Below, one piece after another: positions 31,442 to 39,713 of a stretch of DNA of 43,290 nucleotides. Under the pieces are notes generated by a model, which was not told the origin of the DNA, ran no database searches, and saw only the letters and a list, made by a program, of their open reading frames with translations. Source of the DNA: a virus; the IMG/VR virus record IMGVR_UViG_3300037461_000718, positions 1 to 43,290 of that record; one strand, 5' to 3'. Both the position numbers and the translations under genes were made by a program. How positions within the stretch are numbered: position 1 is the first letter of the stretch; every line of letters begins with the position of its first letter.

Positions 31442-33982
31442 ATGCCAACGCTGCGCGAAACCTTCTATGATGGTTGTACCGGGTATCTGGACCTTCGGGC
31501 CATTAAGGCCGGGAAGATAAAACGCCAGGCCTTCCAACTGGACGACGACCGCGGAATAAGATCGTTCATCGCTCAGTATGGCAAAGACCACGATCTCTAT
31601 TTCGGGGTCGCCACGCGAGACGCCGGAGGAGGGAAGAAGGAAAACATCGTCGAGATCCCTGCCGTTTGGGTGGATGTGGACTTCAAGGACATCGACCAGG
31701 CAGAAGCCGAACGCAGGCTCAACGAATTTCCAATCAAACCGACGGTTATTGTCGAAAGCGGCGGAGGCCTACACATCTACTACGTCTTCAAAGAGCCTTG
31801 CGGAAAAGATGATATTGACCAGTGCGAAGCAGTGATGCGGGGGTTGGCCATGCGTCTTGGGGGCGATTTGGCCTCGACGGATGCCAGCCGGATTCTCAGA
31901 ATACCCGCGACAAAAAACCAGAAGTACGACCCGCCACGCCAGGTAATTCTCCGATACCACAATGGATCCCGCTACAACCTGTCCGACTTCGATGATTTTG
32001 CGGCCGAACCCAAAGACCTCTCTCCATCAGCACAACCCAGAGCGACATCAAACCTCGATGCCATCATGGCGTGCAAATTCATGCAACACTGCCGGGACGA
32101 CGCCGCCACCCTGAAGGAACCCGAATGGTACGCAATGGTGACCATACTGGCGCGTGAACCCGGAGGAGTGGCGCTTATCCACGAATTGAGCAAACCACAC
32201 AAAGGTTACAAGAAGGGACACACCAGCTCCAAGATCATGCACGCCCTGAACGATAGCGGCCCCATGACCTGCGAAGCCATTAAGTCAAAATGCGGTTTCG
32301 ACTGCGGCCGCGAATGCAAAGTTAAATCTCCGGCTGCGCTGCCTTTTGCCGCCACCAAAGAAGCTAACCGGCCCGTTCCATCCATTAAGACCCCTCCGCA
32401 CATACAAGAAACAACAGGACTTAAACCGGCGAGAACCATAACCCCAGAGGAGTTGTCCAAGTGGGGAGACGGAGCCAGGGCACCCGACTCTTTCACGGCG
32501 GACGAAGTATGGCAGGCCTGCAATTCACAGCAGGACGGAGACGCGTGGTTGTTCATGCGGCTCTTCCGTAAAAAGCTATGCTACGACCACGCCTCGGGGC
32601 GCTGGTATTGCTGGTCCGGCCACCACTGGGTGGAGGACACCGTTGACGAGGTTATCGCCAAGGTTGACATCATCATCGACATTTACCAGCGCGAAGCACA
32701 AGCCGCCTTTTCGGACGCCACCACGGCAACGATGGCCGGTCTAAAAGACGAGCGCAAAAGATCCGAAGCACGCCAGCGCAAATACCTCAACAAGATCGGA
32801 CTGCTCCAGAAACGCTACTGGAAAAAAGACGTACTGGCTCTCGCCGCGGCAGGAGAGCACTCCCTTGGAATAGCCGGAGACCAGTGGGACCGCCATCGGT
32901 ATTTGATCGGATGCAGCAACGGCGTTATCGAGTTGGATCCCGACTTCATTTTTCGTGCCGGTCAACCGGAAGACTATCTCCGGGTTGTGGCCCCAACAAG
33001 ATGGGAAGGCGTCGACGTCCCATGCCCGGCCTGGGACAAGTTCATGATGGAGGTATTCAGCGGCGATTACGATATGACCGAGTTCATGCAACGCCTGTTC
33101 GGAATGGCACTGGCCGCGGGCTCCATCGAGCACACTTTCCCGATCCTCTGGGGTGACGAGGGACGAAACGGCAAAGGCACCATGCTCGAAACACTGTCCG
33201 AAGTGCTGGGACCGCTATCCGGCAGCGTTCAAACCGAGCTGATCATGGACTCCAAAGCCGCCCGTTCGGCTCACGGGCCGTCACCCGAAATTGTTGATCT
33301 GTGCGGTAAGCGACTCCTGTGGGGCTCGGAAACCCAACAGGGGCGCCGTATCAATTCCAGCCTTGTGAAGCAGTTGAGCGGTGGAGACAAGCTTAAAGGA
33401 CGCGCCGTTTTCGCCAAGCGCGGCGTGGAGTTCAAACCAACCCACACCCTATTCCTCCTCACCAATGCCAAACCACAAATGGACGCCACCGACCAGGCGC
33501 TGTGGGACCGCATCCACCTGGTCGAGTTCAAGAACCGCTTCGTTGACGATCCCGGAGACCGGCCGAACCACTACAAGCGCGACAAGAACCTAAAGGACAA
33601 ACTCATCCAGGAGTCGAGCGGAATCCTGGCCTGGCTCGTGCGGGGATTCCTGGAATGGAAAGAGGTCGGACTCGATCCTCCCGAAAAAGTGAAAATGGCA
33701 ACCAAGAGCTATCGCCACGATGAGGATGCCATAGGAAAATTCATCGAGGAGTGCTGCGTACTGGGTGAAATGACTTCGGTGAGAGCTTCCGTATTATATG
33801 GAACCTACGAAAAGTGGTGCAAAGACAATGGACAATATCAGTTGAGCGGCCGAAAGTTCGGGGAATACATGACCAGGAAATTTGAAAAACTAAAGGGTGA
33901 CGTTGGCATGATCTACCATGGGATCGGCTTGCCTTACCGAGAAAAAGAAGAAAATACGGACAAAAACAAGAGCACGAAGTGA
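31442..33982 (+). CDS. Bifunctional primase-polymerase (AEP) / SF3 (D5/P4-type) helicase
   Basis: The N-terminus has DLYFGVATRD, VWVDVDFKD, SGGGLHIYY and ILRIPATKN. The C-terminus has Walker A LWGDEGRNGKGT plus GGD.L..R and PT..L.L.TN motifs typical of P4-family primases. Confidence 0.85.
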   Translation: MPTLRETFYDGCTGYLDLRAIKAGKIKRQAFQLDDDRGIRSFIAQYGKDHDLYFGVATRDAGGGKKENIVEIPAVWVDVDFKDIDQAEAERRLNEFPIKPTVIVESGGGLHIYYVFKEPCGKDDIDQCEAVMRGLAMRLGGDLASTDASRILRIPATKNQKYDPPRQVILRYHNGSRYNLSDFDDFAAEPKDLSPSAQPRATSNLDAIMACKFMQHCRDDAATLKEPEWYAMVTILAREPGGVALIHELSKPHKGYKKGHTSSKIMHALNDSGPMTCEAIKSKCGFDCGRECKVKSPAALPFAATKEANRPVPSIKTPPHIQETTGLKPARTITPEELSKWGDGARAPDSFTADEVWQACNSQQDGDAWLFMRLFRKKLCYDHASGRWYCWSGHHWVEDTVDEVIAKVDIIIDIYQREAQAAFSDATTATMAGLKDERKRSEARQRKYLNKIGLLQKRYWKKDVLALAAAGEHSLGIAGDQWDRHRYLIGCSNGVIELDPDFIFRAGQPEDYLRVVAPTRWEGVDVPCPAWDKFMMEVFSGDYDMTEFMQRLFGMALAAGSIEHTFPILWGDEGRNGKGTMLETLSEVLGPLSGSVQTELIMDSKAARSAHGPSPEIVDLCGKRLLWGSETQQGRRINSSLVKQLSGGDKLKGRAVFAKRGVEFKPTHTLFLLTNAKPQMDATDQALWDRIHLVEFKNRFVDDPGDRPNHYKRDKNLKDKLIQESSGILAWLVRGFLEWKEVGLDPPEKVKMATKSYRHDEDAIGKFIEECCVLGEMTSVRASVLYGTYEKWCKDNGQYQLSGRKFGEYMTRKFEKLKGDVGMIYHGIGLPYREKEENTDKNKSTK

Positions 33983-33993
33983 GAAAATAAAGG

Positions 33994-34102
33994 CTGAAGG
34001 GTTGCATAGTCTGAAGGTTTATCCCGAAAGTTTCAAATACAAAAACAGGGTTTCTATATAGGGAGTTTATACAAACACCCTTCAGAACCTGCAACCCTTC
34101 AG
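33994..34102. repeat. Nested inverted repeats flanking an AT-rich core (origin or structured-element candidate)
   Basis: CTGAAGGGTTGCA (33994-34006) pairs with TGCAACCCTTCAG (34090-34102), a perfect 13 bp. Inside these, CTGAAGG (34011-34017) pairs with CCTTCAG (34079-34085). About 60 bp of AT-rich sequence lies between. Confidence 0.5.
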
Positions 34103-34181
34103 GAATTTGAAACGAATTTAAGGCGGATATCGGTGAGCAAAATACAATGTTTGTTTAGTATTATAAAAGGTTTAAGCCAAA

Positions 34182-34658
34182 ATGATCATCCTCGTTGACA
34201 CCCGCGAGCAGGCTCCGTTCCTTTTCCGAGGCCGTCATTACGACCACGTTGAGACGATGCCGGCAGCGCTCCCGACTGGAGATTACAGCTTGCCGGGATT
34301 CGAGGACCGGATCGCCGTGGAGCGGAAGAGCCTGGACGACCTGATCGGGTGCCTGATGAACGACAACCGGGACCGGTTCGAGCGGGAGTTGTTCCGGGCG
34401 GCGCCGTATGAACTCTTCACGGTGGTGGTGGAGGCCTCCGTTGAAGATGTACGACTGGGCCGGTTCACTAGCAAAATGAAGCCGCATTCGGTGTTCCAGA
34501 GCCTGGCCGCGTTTCAGGTACGCTACCGGGTGCCGTTCATGTTCTGCGGGAGTCGAACTGGGGCTGAATACTGGACCTATAGCCTTTTTGACAAATACCT
34601 CAAGGACATCAAAGACCGCATGGAGATCGTTCGAAATGGCCAGGACATTGCGGTGTAA
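34182..34658 (+). CDS. ERCC4/XPF-type nuclease domain protein (junction-resolving nuclease candidate)
   Basis: 158 aa with VDTREQ near the N-terminus and GDYSL...IAVERKSLDDL (GDY...ERK..DL motif). Confidence 0.7.
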   Translation: MIILVDTREQAPFLFRGRHYDHVETMPAALPTGDYSLPGFEDRIAVERKSLDDLIGCLMNDNRDRFERELFRAAPYELFTVVVEASVEDVRLGRFTSKMKPHSVFQSLAAFQVRYRVPFMFCGSRTGAEYWTYSLFDKYLKDIKDRMEIVRNGQDIAV

Positions 34659-34671
34659 GGACAAAGCGAAA

Positions 34672-34875
34672 ATGCCTCTGCACAATTCCAACAACACGCT
34701 CAAAGTAACCATGTGCATAAAGGGGCGAATCCTGTCGGAAACGGCGCCGCTCGATGACGTGGCCGTGATAGCCCAGGGACCGCAAGCGCTCGAATCCGGG
34801 TGCATGGCCCTGGTTCGCGAATTGAGCCAGAAGCTTTTTGTGTCGATGAGAAAGGTTCGGGAGGGACAGAAATGA
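34672..34875 (+). CDS. Hypothetical 67-aa protein
   Basis: The ATG at 34672 follows the ERCC4 gene stop. The ORF overlaps the next start by 4 nt. Confidence 0.3.
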   Translation: MPLHNSNNTLKVTMCIKGRILSETAPLDDVAVIAQGPQALESGCMALVRELSQKLFVSMRKVREGQK

Positions 34876-35078
34876 AACACTGTGACTGCGACTACACCCT
34901 GCGCTGTCAGCACTGCGGTTCCATGGTGGTTCGGGCGCCCGGCGGGTATCAGTGCACCGATCCAGAGTGCAGATCGTTTGTGCCGGATCGGGTGTGCAAT
35001 TTCACCGAAGTCGAAAAGCCCGGGGAGATAAAGTTCACTCCACCGCCACGAATTCCGCACCCAAACGGAAGGAAATGA
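34872..35078 (+). CDS. Zinc-ribbon protein (68 aa)
   Basis: MKHCDCDYTLRCQHCG....YQCTDPEC. Confidence 0.45.
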   Translation: MKHCDCDYTLRCQHCGSMVVRAPGGYQCTDPECRSFVPDRVCNFTEVEKPGEIKFTPPPRIPHPNGRK

Positions 35079-35081
35079 CCC

Positions 35082-35471
35082 ATGCCGGCATTCGGAAAGC
35101 AGTCAATTAACCGCCTGGCTACCTGCCACCCCAAACTCCAGGATCTCATGAAGCGCGTCGTGAAGCTCTACGATATCACCGTCATCGAGGGCTACAGGAC
35201 GCCCGAGGACCAGATCAAGGCCCTGAAAGAAGGCAAGTCCAAAGTGGGCCCGGAACAAAGCACCCACTGCCGAAAACCCAGCATGGCCGTGGACGTTGCG
35301 CCGTATCCCGTCAACTGGCAGGACCGCGAACGCTTCTACTACCTGGCCGGCCTGGTGCGGGCTGTGGCAGACCAGATGGGCATCAAGGTCAGATGGGGCG
35401 GAGACTGGGACCAGGATCAGGACTTCCGAGACCAAACCTTTGACGATCTGTGCCACTTCGAGCTTAAATAA
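35082..35471 (+). CDS. Peptidase M15 (VanY / L-Ala-D-Glu endopeptidase-type) endolysin
   Basis: 129 aa. EGYRTPEDQ, STHCRKPSMAVDVAP, RWGGDW and DLCHFEL form the H-x6-D...H zinc site pattern. Confidence 0.8.
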   Translation: MPAFGKQSINRLATCHPKLQDLMKRVVKLYDITVIEGYRTPEDQIKALKEGKSKVGPEQSTHCRKPSMAVDVAPYPVNWQDRERFYYLAGLVRAVADQMGIKVRWGGDWDQDQDFRDQTFDDLCHFELK

Positions 35472-35701
35472 TGGCCGAATTCAAGCAAGCGAAAGGGGGG
35501 TGATCACATGGCGGCGGGGGTTATCTGGATACTTCTACTGGTGGCAGCCTGCTCCCACTCGGTTCTAAACGCTGACGAAAGGAGGTGGTGCGTTTGATTG
35601 GATAAAACGAAAACCCACAACAACGGCGCGATAATCAATCCAGAAACCTTGCCCGGTCGTCGGTGACGGACTCTCGGCCGGGCATGCAAACAAGGAGGGA
35701 C

Positions 35702-35914
35702 ATGGGAGAGTTGCTGATCGAAACATGGGAGCAAATCGGGAAGTGGCTCGGACTCTCAAAACGCTCCATCCTCTACCGGCGCAAAAGACTGCTTAACGGA
35801 GGCTACGTCTTCTACCGTAAACGACGGAGAAAGGAGCGAGAAATAGCCTGCGCCTGGGAATCATCCCTCAAAAAATACATCGAAGATCAAGCCCGCCAAA
35901 AAAAAATGATCTGA
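35702..35914 (+). CDS. Excisionase/MerR-like HTH DNA-binding protein (late activator or Xis candidate)
   Basis: aaggaggga RBS then ATG. IETWEQIGKWLGLSKRSILYRRKRLLNGGYVFY fits the excisionase-family HTH. It lies immediately upstream of the repeat array and late promoter. Confidence 0.5.
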   Translation: MGELLIETWEQIGKWLGLSKRSILYRRKRLLNGGYVFYRKRRRKEREIACAWESSLKKYIEDQARQKKMI

Positions 35915-35933
35915 TCCAAAATTTCTGCTTTTT

Positions 35934-35985
35934 GCACCATCCATAGCTTGCACCATCTATAGCTTGCACCATCTATAGCTTGCAC
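35934..35985. repeat. Tandem array of a 16-bp unit, 3.25 copies
   Basis: GCACCATCCATAGCTT, GCACCATCTATAGCTT, GCACCATCTATAGCTT, GCAC. The array is contiguous and ends 1 nt before a -35 box. Confidence 0.9.
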
Positions 35986-35986
35986 T

Positions 35987-36015
35987 TTGACATATCTAAA
36001 ATGGCTCTGTATAAC
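35987..36015 (+). promoter_or_regulatory. Near-consensus sigma70-type promoter at the head of the late block
   Basis: TTGACA, then 17 nt, then TATAAC. All following genes for about 27 kb (around the junction) are co-directional. Confidence 0.55.
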
Positions 36016-36065
36016 GGTTTACAACAGATTGAGACATGATTTTGATACAGTTTCGAGAGGTAAAA

Positions 36066-36329
36066 ATGCTCGGCTGGAGAAAAAAATCAGAGCCCGCGAA
36101 ACACGCTTGCGAACATCGCTACTCCTGCGCCGAGCTTAACCATATCCACCACGAAGTCAGAAACGCCCTGCTTGAGCTTCACCAGCGCCGGCGCGAACTG
36201 CTGAGGTCAACCACGATTGCCAACCGTGAAGCTCTCAAGGCTTACGAGGGCATGGGAGAGGTGCTCGCACGCATCGAGCGAGCTTTGGACAATGGCAGAA
36301 CACCGTTACCCGAGGATGCGATTGGATGA
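36066..36329 (+). CDS. Hypothetical helical protein (alternative start ATG 36036)
   Basis: gagagg RBS 5 nt before the ATG at 36066. 87 aa. Confidence 0.4.
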   Translation: MLGWRKKSEPAKHACEHRYSCAELNHIHHEVRNALLELHQRRRELLRSTTIANREALKAYEGMGEVLARIERALDNGRTPLPEDAIG

Positions 36330-36637
36330 CAGACAAGGTGCTTGATTGGGCCAAAGACCGGCTCGAATTGATCCTGGTGCTGCTCACCATGATCGGCATG
36401 TTTACCACGGGGGTTTGGTGGACGAGCAAGCTCGATAGCCGCCTGGCCGTGGTGGAGGAGTGGAAGGCCGAAGCGAAGCCGATCGTCTCCAAGATGAATG
36501 TGTTCGAGTTTAGGATTCAGCGTCAGTACGAGATTTTGCAGCGGATAGAGTTGGGATTAAGCGACATGCAAAAGGCGCTGCTGAATCACGTCGGGAGGGA
36601 TCAAGTCTATGACAAGTCGAAAGTCGGGGTGCAGTGA
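36326..36637 (+). CDS. N-terminally anchored membrane protein with a coiled-coil (i-spanin-like or holin-like)
   Basis: 103 aa. TM segment LELILVLLTMIGMFTTGVWW followed by a helical periplasmic part. The ATGA start overlaps the upstream stop. Confidence 0.4.
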   Translation: MTDKVLDWAKDRLELILVLLTMIGMFTTGVWWTSKLDSRLAVVEEWKAEAKPIVSKMNVFEFRIQRQYEILQRIELGLSDMQKALLNHVGRDQVYDKSKVGVQ

Positions 36638-36638
36638 G

Positions 36639-36920
36639 ATGGTGCGTAGAGCGGTTATCGGGTTTTGGTGTGTGTGGTTTCTGTGCCTGGCTGCCTGCGC
36701 AGGGATGACGGTGCAGCAGAAGGTGGACACCGGGTTCGCCGTCGCGCAACAGGTCTACTCCCTGGCCAGCGCCTACTACCAGCTCAATGCTCCGGCCATG
36801 AGCCTCCAGGACAGCGCTTTGTTCGCCAAGTATCTCCAGGGCTTCAAGCTTGCGCTTGAGACGGGCGAGGGTTTGGCCGGGTTCGCTATGCGCTGGTATC
36901 AGTTCCAGGCGGGGTACTGA
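36639..36920 (+). CDS. Lipoprotein (o-spanin-like candidate)
   Basis: The ATG at 36639 lies 2 nt after the previous stop. Signal sequence with lipobox FLCLAAC|AG. Confidence 0.45.
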   Translation: MVRRAVIGFWCVWFLCLAACAGMTVQQKVDTGFAVAQQVYSLASAYYQLNAPAMSLQDSALFAKYLQGFKLALETGEGLAGFAMRWYQFQAGY

Positions 36921-36921
36921 C

Positions 36922-37101
36922 ATGCAGAGATTACTCGGACAATCGTGGTTGACGACGGTGATCGGGCTGGCGATTGCCATTCTTAACGCGCTGCTCCCGC
37001 TGGTGCAGACCGGGACGATAACAGCCGAGACCCTGGTGCAGAGCATTGGCTATGCGGCGCTGGGATGGGCGGCCAAGACGTTCAACGTGTCCGGTAAGTG
37101 A
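36922..37101 (+). CDS. Holin-like small membrane protein (59 aa, two hydrophobic segments)
   Basis: MQRLLGQSWLTTVIGLAIAILNALLPLV...IGYAALGWAAKTF. It follows the lipoprotein gene by 1 nt. Confidence 0.45.
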   Translation: MQRLLGQSWLTTVIGLAIAILNALLPLVQTGTITAETLVQSIGYAALGWAAKTFNVSGK

Positions 37102-37169
37102 GGTGTGTGATGGCCAGGAAAAAGGGCGGCAAGAAGAAGAAAAAGCAGGATGGCAAGAAGGGCAAGTAA

Positions 37170-37586
37170 ATGCCGATCGGCGAGGTTGTAGGAGGCAGGG
37201 TTTTTGAGGCTGAGGGGATCACGCCGGAGCTTTTGGCCAAGCAGCTCGTGGAAGAACTCAACGCGACCGTCACCAAGACCGCGAAGCTCAAAGGCCAGGT
37301 TCAGGACAATCTCCCTGACGGCTATCGCATCATCGCGGAAACCGAGGATGAGACCCTTGTCCAGTGGGAAGAGCGAGCGTGGACGGTACAGCAGCCGGCG
37401 AGGATGGACGCTCAAAAGCTTTTGGGACTCTATCCGGCAGAGCGCCGGGAACTGACGGGACCCGATGGAGGACCAATACAATCAGAGACGCAACTCATTG
37501 TTTCGGCCGGATCCGGCTTATCGGGACTTATTGAGCGCCTTGCAAGCAGTGGCATCGCAGGGCCTGGACCGGAGGACGATCAGTGA
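37170..37586 (+). CDS. Terminase small subunit candidate
   Basis: 138 aa directly upstream of and overlapping the large terminase. AQKLLGLYPAERRELTGPDGGPI resembles the C-terminal segment of small terminases. Confidence 0.4.
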   Translation: MPIGEVVGGRVFEAEGITPELLAKQLVEELNATVTKTAKLKGQVQDNLPDGYRIIAETEDETLVQWEERAWTVQQPARMDAQKLLGLYPAERRELTGPDGGPIQSETQLIVSAGSGLSGLIERLASSGIAGPGPEDDQ

Positions 37587-39036
37587 GCTTCAGGACTATT
37601 GCCTGCGGGATCTCTACTTTTTGTCCAAGTACGTCCTGGGCTACTGGTGGCTGTGCTGGGAGCCTCACAAGGAGTTTTGCGGAGAGATTCAAAGAGACCG
37701 GCACCGGCGCCTCTATCTCCTGCCTCGAGGCCACTGCAAGAGTCGCATCTTTTCTATCGCGGACACGATACGCCACAATCTTCTCAAGCCAAGCGAGCCG
37801 ATCGGGCTCGGGTCAGACACACGAGCAAGAGCCGTCAAGCGGCTCCGAGGGGTCAAATATCACCACGAGAGCAACCCGGTATTCCGGTCTCTCTTCGCGG
37901 ATCGGGTGTGGCGCAGCCCAAAGGATCGACGCGAATGCCCCCGGTGGGGCGAGGATGAAATATTTCTTCCCGGGTATGTTTCGACCGAGGAGGCCAGCGT
38001 TACGGCCTTCGGAATCGAAGCCATGCCAACCGGAAGCCACTTCGCTCGAATCAAGTTCGATGATCTCGTTGTGCCGGAGAACACCACCAACAGCGACCAG
38101 ATGGTCAAGCTTCGGGACTCTTACGCGCTGGTTCGGTCATCAATTCTCACGACTTACGGGAACGTCCAGATTTGCGGGACGATCTACGACGACGGAGATC
38201 TGCATCGGGAGATGGAGGATTCTGGGGACTACCTGGTTTACAAGCGTCCGGCGGAGTGGATGGATCTGGACGAGGACGGGATCAAGCGGCGGAAGACCCT
38301 TTGGCCCGTGCAGTATGGACCGAATCAGCTCGACGAGATCAAACATGACGCTCTGGTTTCGACGTACATCTACTCATGCCAGTATCTGCTGGATCCGGTG
38401 CCGGAGGATAGCAGCGCGTTCTTTCAGCTGGCGTGGTTCCCGCGATATGAGCGGCTCCCGCGGAACCTCCGGTATTACGCCGGCGGCGACTTGGCAATCA
38501 GCGAGCGTGACAGCGCGTGCAACACGGCTCTCCCCGTGGTGGGACTCGATACCAACAACGATCTTTACCTGGTGGATGTTCCGTTCGGCCACTGGGACAG
38601 CCTGACGATTGTGGACAAAATGACAGACCTGCAGGCGAGATATCGGATGGGGCTTTTCGGGGTAGAGGCCGAGAACATAGCGCGGACGATCATGCCGTTC
38701 CTCAAGGTGCACATGCAGGAGACCGGGATCTACATCAACGTCGAACCCATGAGTCCGATGTCCGACAAGCTGACCAAGGCCAGGAGCCTGCAGGGGCGTG
38801 CGAAGCAGGGGGCGATATGGCTCCCGAAGAAGGGTCCAAAGGCTCCGGACTGGTTGTTTGATGTGGAGTTGCAGTTGAGAAGGTTCCCTCGAGGGAAGGA
38901 CAAGGACATCGTTGACGGCCTGGGCGTGGTCTGCCGGATGCTGGACAAGCAGGTCAGACCGTGGACGGATGCCGAGACCCTGGCCACCCGGGAGCGGGAT
39001 AGATATCAACCCCTGGATGCGACTGCGGGGTATTGA
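37465..39036 (+). CDS. terL: Terminase large subunit
   Basis: 523 aa. HKEFCGEI...YLLPRGHCKS (Walker A-like), IKFDDLV (Walker B) and a C-terminal nuclease-like region. The start is uncertain because the ATG at 37465 overlaps the upstream gene by 122 nt. Confidence 0.8.
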   Translation: MEDQYNQRRNSLFRPDPAYRDLLSALQAVASQGLDRRTISELQDYCLRDLYFLSKYVLGYWWLCWEPHKEFCGEIQRDRHRRLYLLPRGHCKSRIFSIADTIRHNLLKPSEPIGLGSDTRARAVKRLRGVKYHHESNPVFRSLFADRVWRSPKDRRECPRWGEDEIFLPGYVSTEEASVTAFGIEAMPTGSHFARIKFDDLVVPENTTNSDQMVKLRDSYALVRSSILTTYGNVQICGTIYDDGDLHREMEDSGDYLVYKRPAEWMDLDEDGIKRRKTLWPVQYGPNQLDEIKHDALVSTYIYSCQYLLDPVPEDSSAFFQLAWFPRYERLPRNLRYYAGGDLAISERDSACNTALPVVGLDTNNDLYLVDVPFGHWDSLTIVDKMTDLQARYRMGLFGVEAENIARTIMPFLKVHMQETGIYINVEPMSPMSDKLTKARSLQGRAKQGAIWLPKKGPKAPDWLFDVELQLRRFPRGKDKDIVDGLGVVCRMLDKQVRPWTDAETLATRERDRYQPLDATAGY

Positions 39037-39040
39037 GGCT

Positions 39041-39211
39041 ATGCCGGTATCGTTGCGAAAGATGGCAGGAGGCAAGGTGCAGGTGAGCACGCCGGGCGGG
39101 GTCAAGGCCAAGGCTACGACTCCCGAGAAGGCCAAGAAGCAGGAGAGGTTGTTGAATGCCATCGAACACGGATGGAAACCCGGACTCAAACGGATGATGG
39201 GAAAACGATGA
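39041..39211 (+). CDS. Small conserved phage protein (56 aa)
   Basis: MPVSLRKMAGGKVQVSTPGGVKAKATTPEKAKKQERLLNAIEHGWKP. I have seen this pattern in other podovirus-like genomes but cannot name the family. Confidence 0.4.
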   Translation: MPVSLRKMAGGKVQVSTPGGVKAKATTPEKAKKQERLLNAIEHGWKPGLKRMMGKR

Positions 39212-39360
39212 TTTACGAATGCGAGGCGTGTGGGTGCGTATTCGAGGTCGAACTGATTAAACCGGGAGCGTCCGGATCGGCTGATGAGTTTCGGCCTCGG
39301 GACTGTCCTTGGTGTGACAGTAATGAGCGTTTCGTTATTGCCAAGACGGAGGAATCCTGA
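39208..39360 (+). CDS. Zinc-ribbon protein (50 aa)
   Basis: ATGA overlap with the upstream gene. YECEACGCVF....CPWCDS. Confidence 0.4.
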   Translation: MIYECEACGCVFEVELIKPGASGSADEFRPRDCPWCDSNERFVIAKTEES

Positions 39361-39713
39361 TGCTGCACACCCAACATGGCCTGATAGGCGACCGAATACC
39401 GGGTAAGCCGGAGAGCTGGAGCACGGGGCATGTGTTGTACGACGTGGCGGCCGAGCACAGCAAAATTATCGATGGAGCCATACTCCAGGCGCTGCAGGAG
39501 ATCGAGGGGCGTATCCCGGATCATGACGAGATGCACCAACTGTCGAAGCTGCTTCACGATGAAACCAACAACTGGCTCGTGACCATCCTGTGGAAAGGGA
39601 AGCCGATCCTCGAGGTGAGCGCCCCGGAATGCATCCAGGAGCGCGGCAAGACCATCATAAGACGCAGGATCAAACAAGTTTGGAAGCAGGGCTATGACCG
39701 ACGGAAAGGCTAA
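39360..39713 (+). CDS. Hypothetical protein
   Basis: 117-aa ORF. The start overlaps the upstream stop (TGATG). Confidence 0.4.
   Translation: MLHTQHGLIGDRIPGKPESWSTGHVLYDVAAEHSKIIDGAILQALQEIEGRIPDHDEMHQLSKLLHDETNNWLVTILWKGKPILEVSAPECIQERGKTIIRRRIKQVWKQGYDRRKG

Noticed and set aside
34161-35060. 299-aa minus-strand ORF across the ERCC4-nuclease and zinc-ribbon genes
   Set aside because: It has no recognisable motifs and an Arg/His/Pro-rich composition. It lies opposite a plus-strand gene with a clear GDY...ERK..DL nuclease signature and tightly coupled neighbours.
35934-35985. CRISPR array or attC-like element
   Set aside because: The units are 16 bp and directly abutting with no spacers, and there are only about 3 copies. 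No cas genes or integron integrase are present.
37465-37586. 122-nt overlap of the small-terminase candidate and terL as a programmed frameshift site
   Set aside because: I saw no slippery heptamer or downstream structure. The more likely explanation is that terL starts at an internal non-ATG codon, or that the small ORF call is imprecise.
37583-38605. 340-aa alternative plus-frame ORF, and the 271-aa minus ORF at 38374-39189, inside the large terminase gene
   Set aside because: Both are Ser/Arg/Thr/Gly-rich and low in complexity. The terminase frame carries Walker-type motifs and fits the gene order.
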